In this document: piece by piece, positions 1 to 12,965 of the stretch
Numbering within the stretch: the first letter of the stretch is position 1
Layout: each line of letters begins with the position of its first letter
NCBI GenBank assembly: GCA_964106645.2
Contig: OZ067039.1
Length of the DNA: 64,000 nt
Source: Podarcis pityusensis
Taxonomy: Eukaryota
Reading direction: 5' to 3' (one strand)
Position numbers and translations under genes: made by a program
The notes under the pieces: model-generated
Database searches by the model: none
The model's input: the letters and a program-made list of their open reading frames with translations, nothing else
Told to the model about the DNA's origin: nothing

Positions 1-105
1 TATCTTGATTTCATAGTTTTCCAGTAAATTTCACCATTTAGTCATATTCCATAAGTTTTTGTATCCATTTTTCTTTTGCTGGGACGACTTCTTTCCATTT
101 CCCCC
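1..105 (-). mobile_element. L1-clade LINE ORF2 C-terminal fragment (degenerate)
   Basis: The minus strand reads about WKEVVPAKEKWIQKLMEYD*MVKFTGKL*NQD, homologous to the L1 peptide WKEE..EEWQTKLMYYAEVAKLTGKFRNQED at about 27140-27240. Confidence 0.7.
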
Positions 106-1978
106 CAGCTTTTCCTTGTTTGATTCCTCCTTTGATATTGCAAGTGCTTAGGTGTAATATAGTTGTACTACTTTGCAACAGAGGGAGACAAGTTTCTCCT
201 CCGTTAAGCACTCACACTTTGTAGTAGACTCAATCTGTTTTGGGGGCGGGGATTCCCTAACCTGTTTGCCTATTATGAGATATTTAGATAGACTGAATTA
301 AAAAGCTAAATAAATTATATGTTCCTTGTGCTGGATAAAACACTTCTGGTTAAGACTTTTGCATTGTGCTTGGGATACAAGGCAATGCTCCCCAAGTTTG
401 ACAAGGGATTGGAATTCTAGTCAAGATAGCTTGCTTTACTTGAACAGGGATTATTTCCAGGGCAATAACAATAGCAATAAATACCTCAAGTGATATGCTT
501 TATTTTTTCTTTAGGTTGACTGACTGTATGTTTGCTTCAACCACATATAATTACTGTGAGAGGGGGAAGTTGACCACAGTGTTTGCATGTGAATTCAGTG
601 TAGCACTAAGGAGATTGCTCAGTCATCACAAGCCTCTCCGCTTGTCTAATGGAACAATCTTCTTCCCTAGTACATTGTGCACAGTGTTCAAAACTCCCAT
701 TGTTCTAGGTGCAGTACTGTGCCTAAGATTTCAGATTAAAGTGAAAGGAAAGGAGGAGCTTTTTCTGCCTCCCCACTTCCAGCTACTCTCTGAAGACTGG
801 AGAAGAGACCCTCTTAAGAATATTAGGGGGTGGGTAAGGGAAGGACTAGACCATGTGAAAAATGAACATAATATTTTAGCTGCAGTTCATTCATTTTCAG
901 CTTTGTTTGTATTCTTATAAAAAAGTGTGCCTAGACATTACATCGTTTTGCCCATAATCTAGGTTTAAGGTGCCATTTAGCTCCTAGCTTTCATATCTCT
1001 TTCAAACACTGATTGTACATTGTTCCAGGGATTCTCTTGACCCATGAGCAGATTTGAGAGGTGGGGCCTTGTTGCCCCCTAGGCTCATTTGGAGGAAGGG
1101 TGGAATAGAAATAAAATAGCTTACCTTGGTGCTGTTTATGAATTGTGACCGTGTGCTAAAAATCCTCAGTGGTGTTTTAGCATCCTGTGTCTTGTTACTT
1201 GCTAAAACTTGGTGGCAATTAATATATTGGCTTCTCTATAGGATGTTTGTTGGGTTAGCTTCTTTAGCTATGCTCTAAATTTGGAGGAATTATTTTATGT
1301 ATAAGCTGTCCATATTTGTTTTATTTCTTGTTTCCATCTATAGACTGCTTTACTACCTAAAATACCTGAAAGCAGTCTACATACACAGTATGTTCCACAA
1401 ACCACATCCAATGATTTGCACCACAAAATACATTTAAAAATCCATAAGCATAATATAAGATCAGAGCGAACTACTAGGCAGTATAATATAAAATTTCAAA
1501 CAGCACAGCATATGTGCAATCATTCATTCAATCTCACTCACCATCAATTTCACACAACCACTACAACCATTTGCTACACCAAACATTACCTCTATCAATT
1601 ACTCATACTTTCAACCCACACACAAAAGGTCATTGCCAAGCATACACAATAAGATTACACTTCTAATACATGAAGCAGTATTGGACTTGTGTCCCACTCT
1701 CACTGAACGATCTAATACTTATCTCCCGCCTCTCCCTGGAGTGATCCCAGGCTCTCATCCTGGAGGGTATAGAACTATTTCTGTCCATGCACTGCCAGTT
1801 ATGGAATCATAACATGCATGGTACTGCATAACCTCAAAACCTGATACAGAAACAATCAACTTGACTTGAAATAGGCATCTTTACGGGTCGAGGGGCAGTG
1901 GTGAAAGATTGAATATTTTGATGAACAATAAAGGCAGGAATGTATGTATATTAGTTAAAATATATTAACTTGTTTTAG

Positions 1979-2078
1979 GTTGTCGATGTATGAATCCACT
2001 TGCCATACTGCCCAAGAGGTTGCTGAAAAAATTCAAGAACGCAATCGATGTCAGAGGAATGGTGAAAGTACAACTAAG
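1979..2078 (+). CDS. STX8: Syntaxin-8 coding exon 2 (100 nt): (W)LSMYESTCHTAQEVAEKIQERNRCQRNGESTTK
   Basis: Acceptor ttgttttag|G and donor AAG|gtactg. The translation resembles the recalled human STX8 N-terminus (WFSTYDSTCQIAQEIAEKIQQRNQYERKGEKAPK). Phase 0 end joins the next exon. Confidence 0.96.
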
Positions 2079-4822
2079 GTACTGCATAATTCATGGACCA
2101 CCTTCCAGCTTTGCTTTACCTTCTCTTACATCTTTTAAGATCAGCAGCCAGTGTCCTCTTGACTGAGCAAGCTGTGTGCACCTGAAATCTATTGAAAGGT
2201 AATCTTGGTAGCTGCCTTATAACACTGGAGCTTCTATCCTTAAAAGACTCATCAGATTCTTTGAGGCTGAGTGCTCTAACAGACCAAGCTTGTAGAGATT
2301 AGTAACTAGCTATTTTATTCTGTCCCCACTCCTCTGCATTGGCCTGGATTTGTAAATTATAGTTACCTATTTTAAGTCCTAGTGACAGTGAGATAAAAAT
2401 TGGAATAAATATTTTTGAAACAATAATATTTTGTTTGGTTTTGTAAGGGTAGAATACAGACTATGATATCAGTTGGAAAGAGGGTGCTCTTGATGTAAGA
2501 TAACCACCTCTGACTCAGAACATGGACATGGCACTTTGAAACTGTATTGTTGTCAGGTAAAATGAGTGAGCTGGACATTTGCTGCAGTTCTTTTACCTCT
2601 TAGTCAAGTCATTGCTTTCAGTTGTCCCCTGAGAGAAGGCAATAGCACCAGAACAAACCCAGTGTTGGGACAAAGCAGAGGTTCTCATTTCCATAGTATT
2701 GTTAATCCTGAAATAGGGAAGCTAAGCCCTAGCTGTCAGGTAAAGGCCCAGCTCAGGTCAGAAAATATACAATAAGCTGGACTGAAATGACTTGCTTCGT
2801 GTAAAATTGAAAATTCCTTTACACTTTCAGATGATAGGAGAATCCAGAAGGTATGATGAGCCCTAATAATTTAGGGCTACTTCACATGCAGCATTTGTTT
2901 CACAAAGCTGTGTTCACTTAGTAGATACCTGAAGTATGAAAGAAAGATGCACATCTTGAAATGTGTGTCTGTGACTAGAGCAGTGACCAAGTGCAGATGT
3001 GTCAGGGCCACCTATTGTTCCTTTGCGCTCTCCCTGTACTGTAGGAACAGTGGTTCATGTTACAAAATACACTGCTCAGTAGACGAATGGTTCCCTGAAG
3101 AAAACTTTCCATGTTTGTACGTGAGTAGAATTGGAGGCACTTGCTCAGTGAGCAGGTAGGAAGCCAGCATTTGAGTCCAGTGTAAACAGGCTTCCAACAA
3201 TTGCAATATTTATTGCCATAACAACTGATGTTATGGGCTGATGTTGAAAAACATTAAGCAGCTCAGTCATGTTGTCTGTGGCCAGGGAATGTTTTAATGA
3301 AGAAAAATGTTCTTTTCCCATGTTTGCCAAGTAGGGGAAATGTCATCAGTGTCTTGTTTTTCTGGCATTTTGCCACTTTCATGCGCTTAGACGTTTTTTT
3401 TTTAAATGTAGTGAGAAAATCAAGCATTTCTATTGTCATTCCGAATGAGAGACAAAAGAAAACTTAATCTTATTCCTAGTCCTTCCCCTCCTCATCTCTT
3501 TGCTTTGTTGGTAGTTAACGCTTAGTGTGAAAGATTGGAAACATTCCTCAGTAAAATGTATACATTTTTTTAAAAAATGTGGAAAGCAAATGTAAGTCCA
3601 CACTGGATGCAAATCTCTCAAGAATGTTTCCCTTATGAATTACAGTAACATAAGAGCACAGTTGGGTGGTTGCACAAGTCCTATAGTTAAAACTGGTCTT
3701 GTTTTGCAGAAATGAGCTAGTGGATTGTGACTTCAAACTGAAAATTGTTTGTTTTCTTAACCTCTTCCAACCACTTTGCCCTGATGTAGCAAGTCTGTAT
3801 TCCTAAGAAGTTAAGATTTATTTGGAAGTACTGTAAATCCCATTTTAAAAAATCAGTGGGTATTACGTCCAAGTAAACATACTTAGTGTAGGGGCATTAG
3901 TGAAATTTGCCATCCACCCCTTTTTTGCTTTTAAATCAAATGTGTACATGAGAGAGGGCTAATGTTTCCATTGTTGTGCTACAATATAGTGGATGGTCGT
4001 GGGAGCTGCTAGTTCTCAAGGAATTGTCACCTGGGAAAGGTCCTGTATTGCTTCATTACCTTGGATTAAAGTGACATGAAATTCTGGGGAGTTCCTGGAC
4101 TTTAACAGGGTTAGCTGTCAGCTTATGTCACCTTAGCAATACTTGCTGCTCTTTGACTTTCAGTAGATTGCCTCAAAAGTGCGCTTGAGATTCTGACCAG
4201 AATGAAGTCCTTGATGAATGCTTAGCACCACATTCCCCACAAATTACCAGTTCCCTGTGGATGGATGTAGTGTAGCCCTCTTCTGGTCATTCTCTGTTCC
4301 CAAGATGGCTGGCATTCTTTGCCAGGCTGTGCAGGGTCTACTGCGGCTCCTTGGCACTATAGTATTGTTACAAGGACTGACTGTTGCTCTTTGATTAAAA
4401 TGGATAGGGTTTCTTGCTGGATCCTAAGGTTGGGGGAATGATCTAACTTGAGTGCTCTTTTCCAAACCTGTTGTGTATAGCTGGCTTCCTTTTTCATGAA
4501 TGTCTTGCTTTTTGAAAGCTGTAGAAGGCATTGGCTCACAAAAGCAGTAGTTTAACTGGAAATCAGTGGGCCAAAAACAACTCAGATACATGAGTAAGTT
4601 TGTAAGTGCACCTTCTGGTTAACTGTCTGGAGTTCTAATAGGATTTTAAAAAAAACTATCCTACATAGGTAACTCTTCTCTACTTTGATGCAGTAATAAT
4701 GAGCTATACTCTGTTTTTATTTGCTTATTTCTATGTGTTTCTGGATGGTCTCACCTGCTAATTCATTGCAGCACTGATGAGCTGATCTCACTTATTTCCC
4801 TTTTGCTCTTGTCTCCTTTCAG

Positions 4823-4917
4823 CTCAATGTTTCCATCAGGTCACTGTTGCAAAACCTCAAAGAAAAGACTGAGCGTCTGAAGGACCTCTTGCTTCACTCT
4901 GTATCAACACGTCAGAT
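4823..4917 (+). CDS. STX8: Syntaxin-8 coding exon 3 (95 nt): LNVSIRSLLQNLKEKTERLKDLLLHSVSTRQ(I)
   Basis: Pyrimidine tract with ctcctttcag| acceptor; donor AT|gtatccat (U12-like). Resembles human LTVTIRALLQNLKEKIALLKDLLLRAVSTHQI. Confidence 0.96.
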
Positions 4918-6052
4918 GTATCCATGTAAACAGCTGTATACCAGGAAGGCCAGTGAGACAAGAGTGGGTCAGCATTCTGTTTTGGAAAAGGAACGAGACC
5001 ATTAAATTATATATGTGTGTTTAGAAAATCCCCAACAACTTGGGAAAAACCCAGATACAAAAGAAATGTTTGCAGTCTTCATTTTATTTCCAGGGTTTGT
5101 TCTGTATGTGCAAGCACTTCTTCAGGACACTCCTAACTACCGTATTTTTCGCCCCATAGGACGCACCGGCCCATAAGACGCACCTAGTTTTTTGGGGGGG
5201 AAATAAAGGGGGGGGGAATTATTTTTCCCCCAGGTGCGGGGCTGGGGCGGGGGAAACCCGAGCTTCCCCTGACCCCAGCCCCCAGAACAGGCAGCTCTCC
5301 GCAAGCTGTGGGAGCCCAGCGCCGGGCTCCCACGGCTTGTGGAGAGCTGCGCAAAGCCTGGAGAGCGAGAGGGGTCGGTGTGCACCGACCCCTCTCGCTC
5401 TCCAGGCTTCAGCGAAAGCCTGCATTCGCCCCATAGGACGCACACACATTTCCCCTTCATTTTTGAAGGGGAAAAAGTGCGTCCTATAGGGCAAAAAATA
5501 CGGTAAATGGGCTGCAGCAAATGTTGTGTCAGATCCAACTGGGGCCCACTTTACACACACAACTGAATGGGCTGTGTAAAGCTGTGCCCATGTGGTTGTA
5601 TTACAAGTCGATGCCCACTTAGGTAGTTGCATGTGTGAGTCTGAATTCTGCTATAAGTAGTTGCACAGTTATGACTTTTGCCACCTTGCTGTTTGTTTTT
5701 AAAACGTTCCATGTGTCTTATAGACTTATAAAATGAGGTAAATGTTGTAAAGTACTTTTTACACATGGAAAAGTGTTATAAAAATGATAGTAGTCTGTCC
5801 TCAGTTCTCTGGCTAGGACAAGATAACCTCATATCCTTATTTAGTCATAATAGAACTTAGATATTTTTTAACTCTGGCCTCTCCGGTATAGATCTAGTAT
5901 GGTTTTTCCTGTACTGATAGGTACGCATGTGGTTCTTCCTGATTGGATAAAGAAGTCATAACTTACTTGATTTGTGATTTAATACCAAAAGTATGAGGTC
6001 TAGATGTTCAGTCATTTGTTTCTGGCAATCAACCTTAACCCAGTTCCTGCAG
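4918..6052 (+). other. STX8: U12-type (minor spliceosome) GT-AG intron, STX8 intron 3
   Basis: 5' site GTATCCAT (consensus GTATCCTT), branch CCTTAAC at 6033-6039 ending 13 nt before the intron 3' end, and only a short pyrimidine stretch. Confidence 0.85.
5140..5503. mobile_element. Non-autonomous Tc1/mariner-superfamily MITE inside the U12 intron
   Basis: TIRs of about 27 bp (ccgtatttttcgccccataggacgcac / gtgcgtcctatagggcaaaaaatacgg), TA on both flanks, GC-rich interior with intact CpGs. Confidence 0.9.
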
Positions 6053-6163
6053 AACACAACTCGAAGGGGACAGGCGGCAGAACTTAGTGGATGACCTCCT
6101 CACGCGACATCGTCATCTTCAGGCATCTTTCAAAAATGAGGGGACGGAACCGGATGTGATAAG
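6053..6163 (+). CDS. STX8: Syntaxin-8 coding exon 4 (111 nt): (I)TQLEGDRRQNLVDDLLTRHRHLQASFKNEGTEPDVI(R)
   Basis: Acceptor ccttaacccagttcctgcag|; donor AG|gtacag. Resembles human TQLEGDRRQNLLDDLVTRERLLLASFKNEGAEPDLIR. Phases are consistent. Confidence 0.97.
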
Positions 6164-6244
6164 GTACAGTTCTGCCACTTCTAAATGAGAAATGCATGAG
6201 AGTAGCTCTGTCTTGAGCTATGAAGCACCAGTGTACCTGTACCC

Positions 6245-6327
6245 CAGGAATCATCCTGATGACTGGTCATATTGGCTGGGGCCTGTTGGGAGTCCAACAA
6301 CATCTGGAGGGCCACAGGTTCCCTGCC
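6245..6327. mobile_element. Partial small hairpin hAT-type MITE
   Basis: gggagtccaacaacatctggagggccacaggttccctgcc is shared with the copies near 12850, 33625 and 51700. Confidence 0.65.
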
Positions 6328-9300
6328 TCTGCTGTACCTTATTTTCACACAGACCCCTCCTGTTTTGTGTGTGATCAGTTATGCTCCCCTTCAGGATATT
6401 GTTTTTCATGTATTCTCTGAGTACCTTGACCAGGTACCCAGACTTGATGGAGCATCTGCACTCAGAATCAAATAAAAAAATTGGAGTTGAAGGTTGCATC
6501 AAAGCCAGTCATGCTAAAAGGCTGAGTGTCTTAAGTGGTTCAGAGCCAAGGTCAAGCCAAAGCAGACTTTAACAGAGATGGGCTCAGAAGCCATGCAAGA
6601 CAAAACATCACATCACAATGGCCACAGAAAGCAAGCGTGTATTGGAATTTAAGAGTCATACGGTGTCAGGGATGGATGAGGGAGATAGATGAGAAATAAC
6701 AAGATAGTTGCACATAGTTTGTCTAGGCAGGGTGGTTTTGCGTTCTTAGGGCACAGGCCAGGAAAACTGGCCAATCAAAAGAAAGGCAGTTACATGGTCC
6801 AGAGCTACAGGGGGATTTATGGAGTGGAATTTCCCAGCAGTGCATACCTTGTCCTTGCAGTGTTGTTCTGGACTGTCTGAGTAAGGGAACTGTAGAGATC
6901 TATGCCTTAAGAAAACCAGTCACACTAGAAATTTGGAAGGAGTAGGGTGGTGGTACAAAGTATTGGTCTTGCAAATTGGTTCAAGATGTACTTTTTACAT
7001 TACATTGATGCATCTTTTAGTAATATTTAATGATTATATGCTAACGTTAATGATGATATTCTGATTAATTTCCCGCTTGTCCTAAGCTAAAGGAAAAAAG
7101 AAGCAACATAAATTTTCAAAACGATTCTAGCTGCTGGTTGGATTTTGATGATCTATCCCATTCTCTTTTTACCTCTTCTACACAGAAGCTTGAAATAGTT
7201 AAAGCATATATGTATCACCCAATACATTTCAGGGGGAGAAAATGTGTTTTGGATTGCCTGTGTTGTTGAAAGAGGAAACTCTGGAAGAATGTCTAATCGA
7301 TTAATTGTTTTTCTGGCCTTGTAATCCCTTGGCAAGCAGTGCAAATCCTTCCAGCTCTCCTGTGTGCTGGATTTTGTATTTAGCTAGTTTAACTCAGCAT
7401 GAGAAATCAGTCGGGCAGTGCTTTCCATGTTGATGGATTATCTGAGTTGAGTCGTCGTTTATTTCATGCTCCAGCGACAGCATAAAGTGAGCCTATGCAA
7501 CATTGTCTTGGGAATTTCAGTACTACTGAATTGCCACCAGGAGGAGCATGCAACTGTTGCTTCCTCTGTCCCTGAACCCACAAATACAAATTGCACCGTA
7601 AACAGGATTCCTCTTACATTTCAAGTTTTTTATAATTTCCTTTCCTATCCTCACCTTTCTGAAACAAAAATAAATGAAATATTGGGGACGTTAGTGTGCC
7701 AAAAAAGGTGGATGGCGGTTAGAAACTGCTAGTGCTAGAATTATTGTTGGCTATGGAAATTTCTGTGGATTTCTCTTGGCCAGCCAAGAATCTCCAAAGC
7801 TGTAACTCTTAGCTTTGCATGTGTATTTTAAAAGAAAAGATATTCCAACTTGTACCTGATAGTTAGATCTTTCCAATCTGGCTGTAGTTGCTGTTGAGCT
7901 ATGGCTCCTCCCTTAGGGGTCTATAATTATTGCTATTTTTTCCCTTTAAAAAGGCCAGCCATTCTATATTACAAGCCAAATTCTATTTCATCATTCCCAT
8001 GCATATTTCTATTTTCATATTTTCTTTTCAGAATTTAGAAGTTGTGTGATGTGGGTGTGGTTGGATATAGTGGGGTCATGACAGTTTGGTCTGACTGTGA
8101 GTAGGCATTTTGTTTCTCTCTTCCTGTTCCTATATGCAGGCATCACTTTTCTTTTATCTGATCCATCCTTAAAGTACACCCCACGTTTTCAGGAGCCTTT
8201 TTCGCACTTCTCCCTCCACCCCCACCCCCGTCCTATACCGTAGTCATCCCCTTCATTAACCTTCTTGCATCAGTGATCACATGTCTTATTGTCCTCATGG
8301 TGTGCAATTGTGAAAGCATTCTCAAAATTAATCTCCGTTTACGTTTGGTCACCATTCAGTGAGTTTACATCCTTTGAAATCTGCTTTAATGCGAGTGCTC
8401 TTGGTGTGGTACAGTGGCCTTAGTACTTCTAATTCTTATTTTAAGTGACAACCTGGGCCACGATACAGATCAAGGCATTGCTTTATGAGGCACCCAAGTA
8501 GCTTACCTTCCGGTATTGTCAGACTTAATTAGGACACAGCTCTCAGTATCCGAAAGGGTTGTGCTATTTGCATAGCTGCTTCAATGCAGTTATTTCTCCT
8601 GACCCAAACCATTTTATTAAATTGCCTTTAAATTAACTATGCAATATCCAAATGTGAAGGAGACTTGTGTATCTTATATATAGAATGTCAATTGCATGAA
8701 CCATCCTAGAGATGTCATTATGGGTAAAGCTGAGGTCCAGATATTAAACTTAATATTTTCCTTGCATCCAAGGAGACCGTGATCCCTTTGCTGGACTCCT
8801 AATCAGAGACTCTATTAAATGGATGAAGTTGTAATGAAATGGAGATTGATATCCTGTAGCAGAGTAGAAGGCAAAAAGAGCAAACCCACCCACTTCCTGC
8901 AAAACTAATAATGCAGCTTTTGCTAATGCCGAGAGTGAACCTGTATGGCAGGGCATTTATAATGCAGTTTGAGAAAAGTCCCCATCTCTAGCTTTCAGTA
9001 GCTGCAGTTGTGGGAGGTGTCAGTGGAAGTATGGAGAGTGTATTGCTACCCTGGTAAAAGGAAATAAAATGAAGAGGGTGATGAAATGATGCATGTCACC
9101 TGTAGGAAGCTAGCATCTTCCTAATCTGAAAACCCTAACTAATGCTAGCCGCAGTCGTTATTAAAACCATCTGCATGGGAGCTTCCTTCTTCTTACACAG
9201 CTAGCATAGAACTGTAGAAGTCTCTTCCACCCTTGGACCCTTGCCAGACCCCAAGCTGAGCTTCTTTCAGCAGTGCTGAAAAGGCTTCCTTGTAGCTGGC

Positions 9301-9437
9301 ATTTTTCTGGCTACAGGTAGAGCGCTTAATATTTGTATCATGTCTCTTGAGTTACCTATTGTGTGTGTGCTTGTACATATACTAAAGAGATGTAAGCAAT
9401 TAATGGTTCTCAACAATCTGATTGCTAAGGACACAGA

Positions 9438-10222
9438 TCTAGATTCAAAATTATCTTGACATGCTGGAGCATGACCAAAACTGACAAGAGAGATACATGT
9501 AAAGTCCTGCGTTTGGGTTTAAAAATACATGTAAAAATCAAATACACTAGTTACAGGATGGGAGAGATTTGGCTTGACAGCAAGACATGTGGAAAGGTTC
9601 TGAGTGTCTCTGTGTGCATTGTAAGCTGAGAGAGCCAACAGGGCAATGCAGCCACTAAAGAGGCAAATGCAGTTATGAGTTACGCTAATCAAGAAAAGTA
9701 ATAGTGCCACTCTGTCCTGTGCTGGTCAGGCCACATCTGGAGTACCACGTCCAGTTCTGGGTGCCACATTTAAAAAAGGAATTAGCATGTCCAGAGGAGG
9801 GTGACTCTGATAGTGATGGGTCTGGAAACGTCCTGTGAGGAACATTTGAATAATCAGGCTACGTTTAGCCCGGAGAATAAAAGGGGAAGGCATGGTTGCA
9901 GTCTTCAAATAACTGAAGGGCTCTCTTGTAGAAGATGGAGCAGACTTGTTCTCTTTTGCTCCAGAGGGCAGGACTAGAAGCAGTGGGTGGAAATAGCAGG
10001 GAAACAGATTTTGGCTGTTAGAAATAGCTTCATAACAGTACATGTTGCTCAACAGTGGAACAGACGGTCTCAGGAGGAGGAGGGCTGTCTTTTGCTGCTG
10101 ATATTTAAGCCGAAGCTGGGTAGCCCTCTGTTAGGGATGCTGCAGTTACATCCTGCATGGCAGATCCTGCATTGAGCCCAAGGGTTGGACTACATGGCCT
10201 CCAGCATCCCTTCCAGTTCTAT
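9438..10222 (+). mobile_element. CR1 LINE 3' fragment (end of ORF2 plus 3' UTR), degenerate
   Basis: Remnants of CKVLHLG and [15 protein letters not shown] (ctggtcaggccacatctggagtaccacgtccagttctgggtgccac), and the 3' end gggttggactacatggcctccagcatcccttccagttct. Confidence 0.85.
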
Positions 10223-11628
10223 ATCCTCCTAATGCCACCTGTTGCACCAATACAGCAAATAAAATGAAAGCAGCACCCAGTACTGGGGGAAGAATGGGGA
10301 AATTCACTATATTGCCATGCAGACTGTTCCAAGGGCCTCGTATCCAATGTTTTTCGGAAACCCCAAATCACATTTTACAGCAATTTATGAATCCAGATTG
10401 AAGTACTCAAAACACTTCAAATATTATTACTGTACTGCCATATTCACAAGGGGAAATGTGATTAATCACATAGACCAATGTCACATGACCTGGGTTTTTG
10501 TTTTAAAATCACTCACGTTGATTGTTCTAAGGCTTGAAAGCCTTCATGTGTGGCCGTGGTCTAGGGAAAGGTCTGTTTGACTAATTTGTGTTTCTTGGGA
10601 AATTTTGTAAGAATTAACCAGTGAAACAATGCAGTTGGGAAGATAAGCTGCTGTTTGTTAAGTAGAGGCACAACCCTTGATTATAACCCAACCAGCTTCC
10701 TTTATATTTGGGCACATTGCTAAGCCTTTTAATTAGTTAAATCTGCTCCTATAATCAAAAGCTATCTGCACACTCCACTGTGCTGTGACAATTTCAAAGA
10801 TTTAAGTGATTAACTTGGCAAAAGCAGTGGGTGGCTAATTGGATAAACTTTAATCTTCACACTGCCAAAATGAAACAGAGGAAGATCAGAAGAAAGAGGA
10901 AGTTGGGCTGCCCTGGGTGGGAAGAGAGCTACCAAACATGTCAGAAAGATTATTTTTAAAATGCTAGCAGGTCACTTGCCGCAACCAAAACTAGAAACCA
11001 TGGTTGGGGGTAAAACTTGTGCCACTACACGACACCCCCCCCCTCTCATTGACATTTTCAAATGGCAAAAGGTTTTTCTCATTTGAGCTAGTGGAGCCAC
11101 AGCTGTGAATTTTGGAGCAGAGGATTTGGCTAGACCATCTTCTCTTGGGAAGACTCTGATGAGAGCTACACCTTTTTATTTTGACAATGTTTAATGGGGA
11201 CTTGGGCCCCTTACAGGAGTAAAAATGTCCCCTATGGGAGTTGGCTTTTTAAAAAACACAAATGTCCCCATTATACTGTATTACACAATATTCTTGTTGA
11301 AGCCAATGGGGGTTGTTTTGCTAAATATAAATATATTTTTCCTGCATGTCACATGGCTGCCTTGTTTGCTTATTATTACTGTGAGCTCCTGAGGCACACA
11401 GTAATAATATGGCTGGTGAAGACCAGGGGAGTGCTTTGGCAGTCATTTTGTCAGTGCAATCTCTTCAGCTTGCCAGCTAGAACGACCCCCCTCTCCTCCC
11501 TCTGGGTGCTGTTCTGGAGTTACTCCCAAACCCCCCCAGAGGCATTTTTTCTTGTGGGTGTGTGTCCTCTGAGGAATGCTCTGTTGCGCTAGCTGGAGCC
11601 CTTCAACTGTCTTCTAGTGAAACTAGAA

Positions 11629-11686
11629 TAATAGAATCACAGAGTTGGAAGGGACCGCAAGAGTCATCTAGTCCAACCCCCTGCAG
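11629..11686 (-). mobile_element. CR1 extreme 3' end
   Basis: atagaatcacagagttggaagggaccgcaagagtcatctagtccaacccc is the reverse complement of a typical CR1 3' terminus. Confidence 0.75.
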
Positions 11687-12204
11687 TGCAATTGAATCCT
11701 GCCCTACTTCTTCTTTAGTAGTTTTAATTCAACTACAAGTGAAGATGGTTTTAATTAAAGACAAAACAAGCAGGTAAATGACCTTTAGGCTCCTTCTGTC
11801 CTAGTGAGTGCGGCTGACATTTGTAACAGGTGACAAATTGAACGGCCAACTTAACCAGAGTGGATTTAATACAGCTGCTTCCTGGGTTGTTTATTAGCTA
11901 GGGATCAATGCCTTTGGTCCCCCAAATTTCATTTTATTTGGATTTGTAAACGAAGAACTGTTCTCTTTGCTAAAAAAAAAAAAGACCAAGAAGATGCTGT
12001 GGCATCTTAAGGCCTTGCCAATTCGTAGTAGCAGGGCCTGTCCACTTCTTCATATACCATCAGATTTGATCAGTGTAAAAAAATACAGGTATCTGCTAGC
12101 TAATTGATGTGTCTGGTGGATACCGAACAGGTGAGACGGCAGTTGACTATAGAACATGGAAAAACTGCCTTATACTAGGGTAAATCATATGTTCATCTAG
12201 CTCA

Positions 12205-12602
12205 GCAACCCCTGCCGTAGACAAATACTTGTTTTTATTTGGCCCGAGAGCCACATTGTGGTAGACCACCCCACTGAGGGCCACATGCTGGGGTGGATGT
12301 GGCCAACACACACTTGCATGCACAGCCAGCAGAGGAGCAGAGGTCCCTCCGCACTGCAGCTCTGGTCTAAGAAGAGAGGTTCCTCTCCTCTTCCTTGGAT
12401 GGGGAGGAAAGCCCTTCAAACATTGAATGCCTCTTACTACCTTTGGAAAAGTGCTGCTTCTCCCTCTGGTGTGGCACCATTGTTAGAAGGCCTTAGAAAA
12501 GCACAGCAAACAGTTTTGGAAGCATTCGGTTTTGGAAAAGAGCTGTGGGCTACTAAAAATAGCTTCACAGACTGGGCCGAGCCACAGGTTTGCCACTTCA
12601 GT
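12205..12602. mobile_element. Degenerate hAT-type non-autonomous element
   Basis: Subterminal motifs ggcccgagagccacatt, gagggccaca and gagccacaggtttgccac. No clean TSD is visible. Confidence 0.45.
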
Positions 12603-12851
12603 AGACCTTGGAGGGCCAATGTTGATATCAGTCTCTCCCAGCCCTATTAGGAGGTGCTGGGGACTGAGTCTGGTGTTTTTTCCATGCAAAGCAAATGTGC
12701 CAGTGACCCATCAGTCCTTCCGTAAACTCTAAGCACTAACATGTAATTCATTTGGTAGACAGGTTTGGTGGACAGGGCACTCTTTCTAGGTAAAGTGATC
12801 CCCCCCTTTTTTAGCATGGCATATGCTTATAGTCAGTGGTTAAATGTATCT

Positions 12852-12965
12852 AAGGCATGGAGAACCTATTGCTCACCCAACTCTCATCATCCTTGACCAT
12901 TGGCCATGCTGCCTGGAGTTGATGGGACTCCAACAGCACCTGGAGAATCACAAATACCCCAGTCT
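12852..12965. mobile_element. Small hairpin hAT-type MITE (degenerate)
   Basis: caactctcatcatccttgaccattggccatgctgcctggagttgatgggactccaacagcacctggag, the same family as 51700 and 60528. Confidence 0.65.

Noticed and set aside
495-920. 141-aa ORF with an internal acceptor-like ttttttctttag
   Set aside because: No recognisable homology, and it does not encode the expected STX8 exon 1 peptide. It lies in intron 1 and is likely a chance ORF.
1315-1670. G-poor, A/C-rich tract with a His/Thr-rich ORF and an 11-bp inverted repeat (tagactgcttt / aaagcagtcta)
   Set aside because: The composition explains the ORF. The pattern fits a decayed reversed LINE 3' end with its terminal stem-loop.
5095-5127. 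gtgcaagcacttcttcag here, and ccacttcttca near 12040, resembling additional hammerhead/PLE ends
   Set aside because: Too degenerate: the GAAA box and stems are not intact, so no ribozyme can be supported.
5137-5632. Overlapping 133-aa and 137-aa minus-strand ORFs
   Set aside because: They run through a GC-rich non-autonomous MITE and have no transposase motifs.
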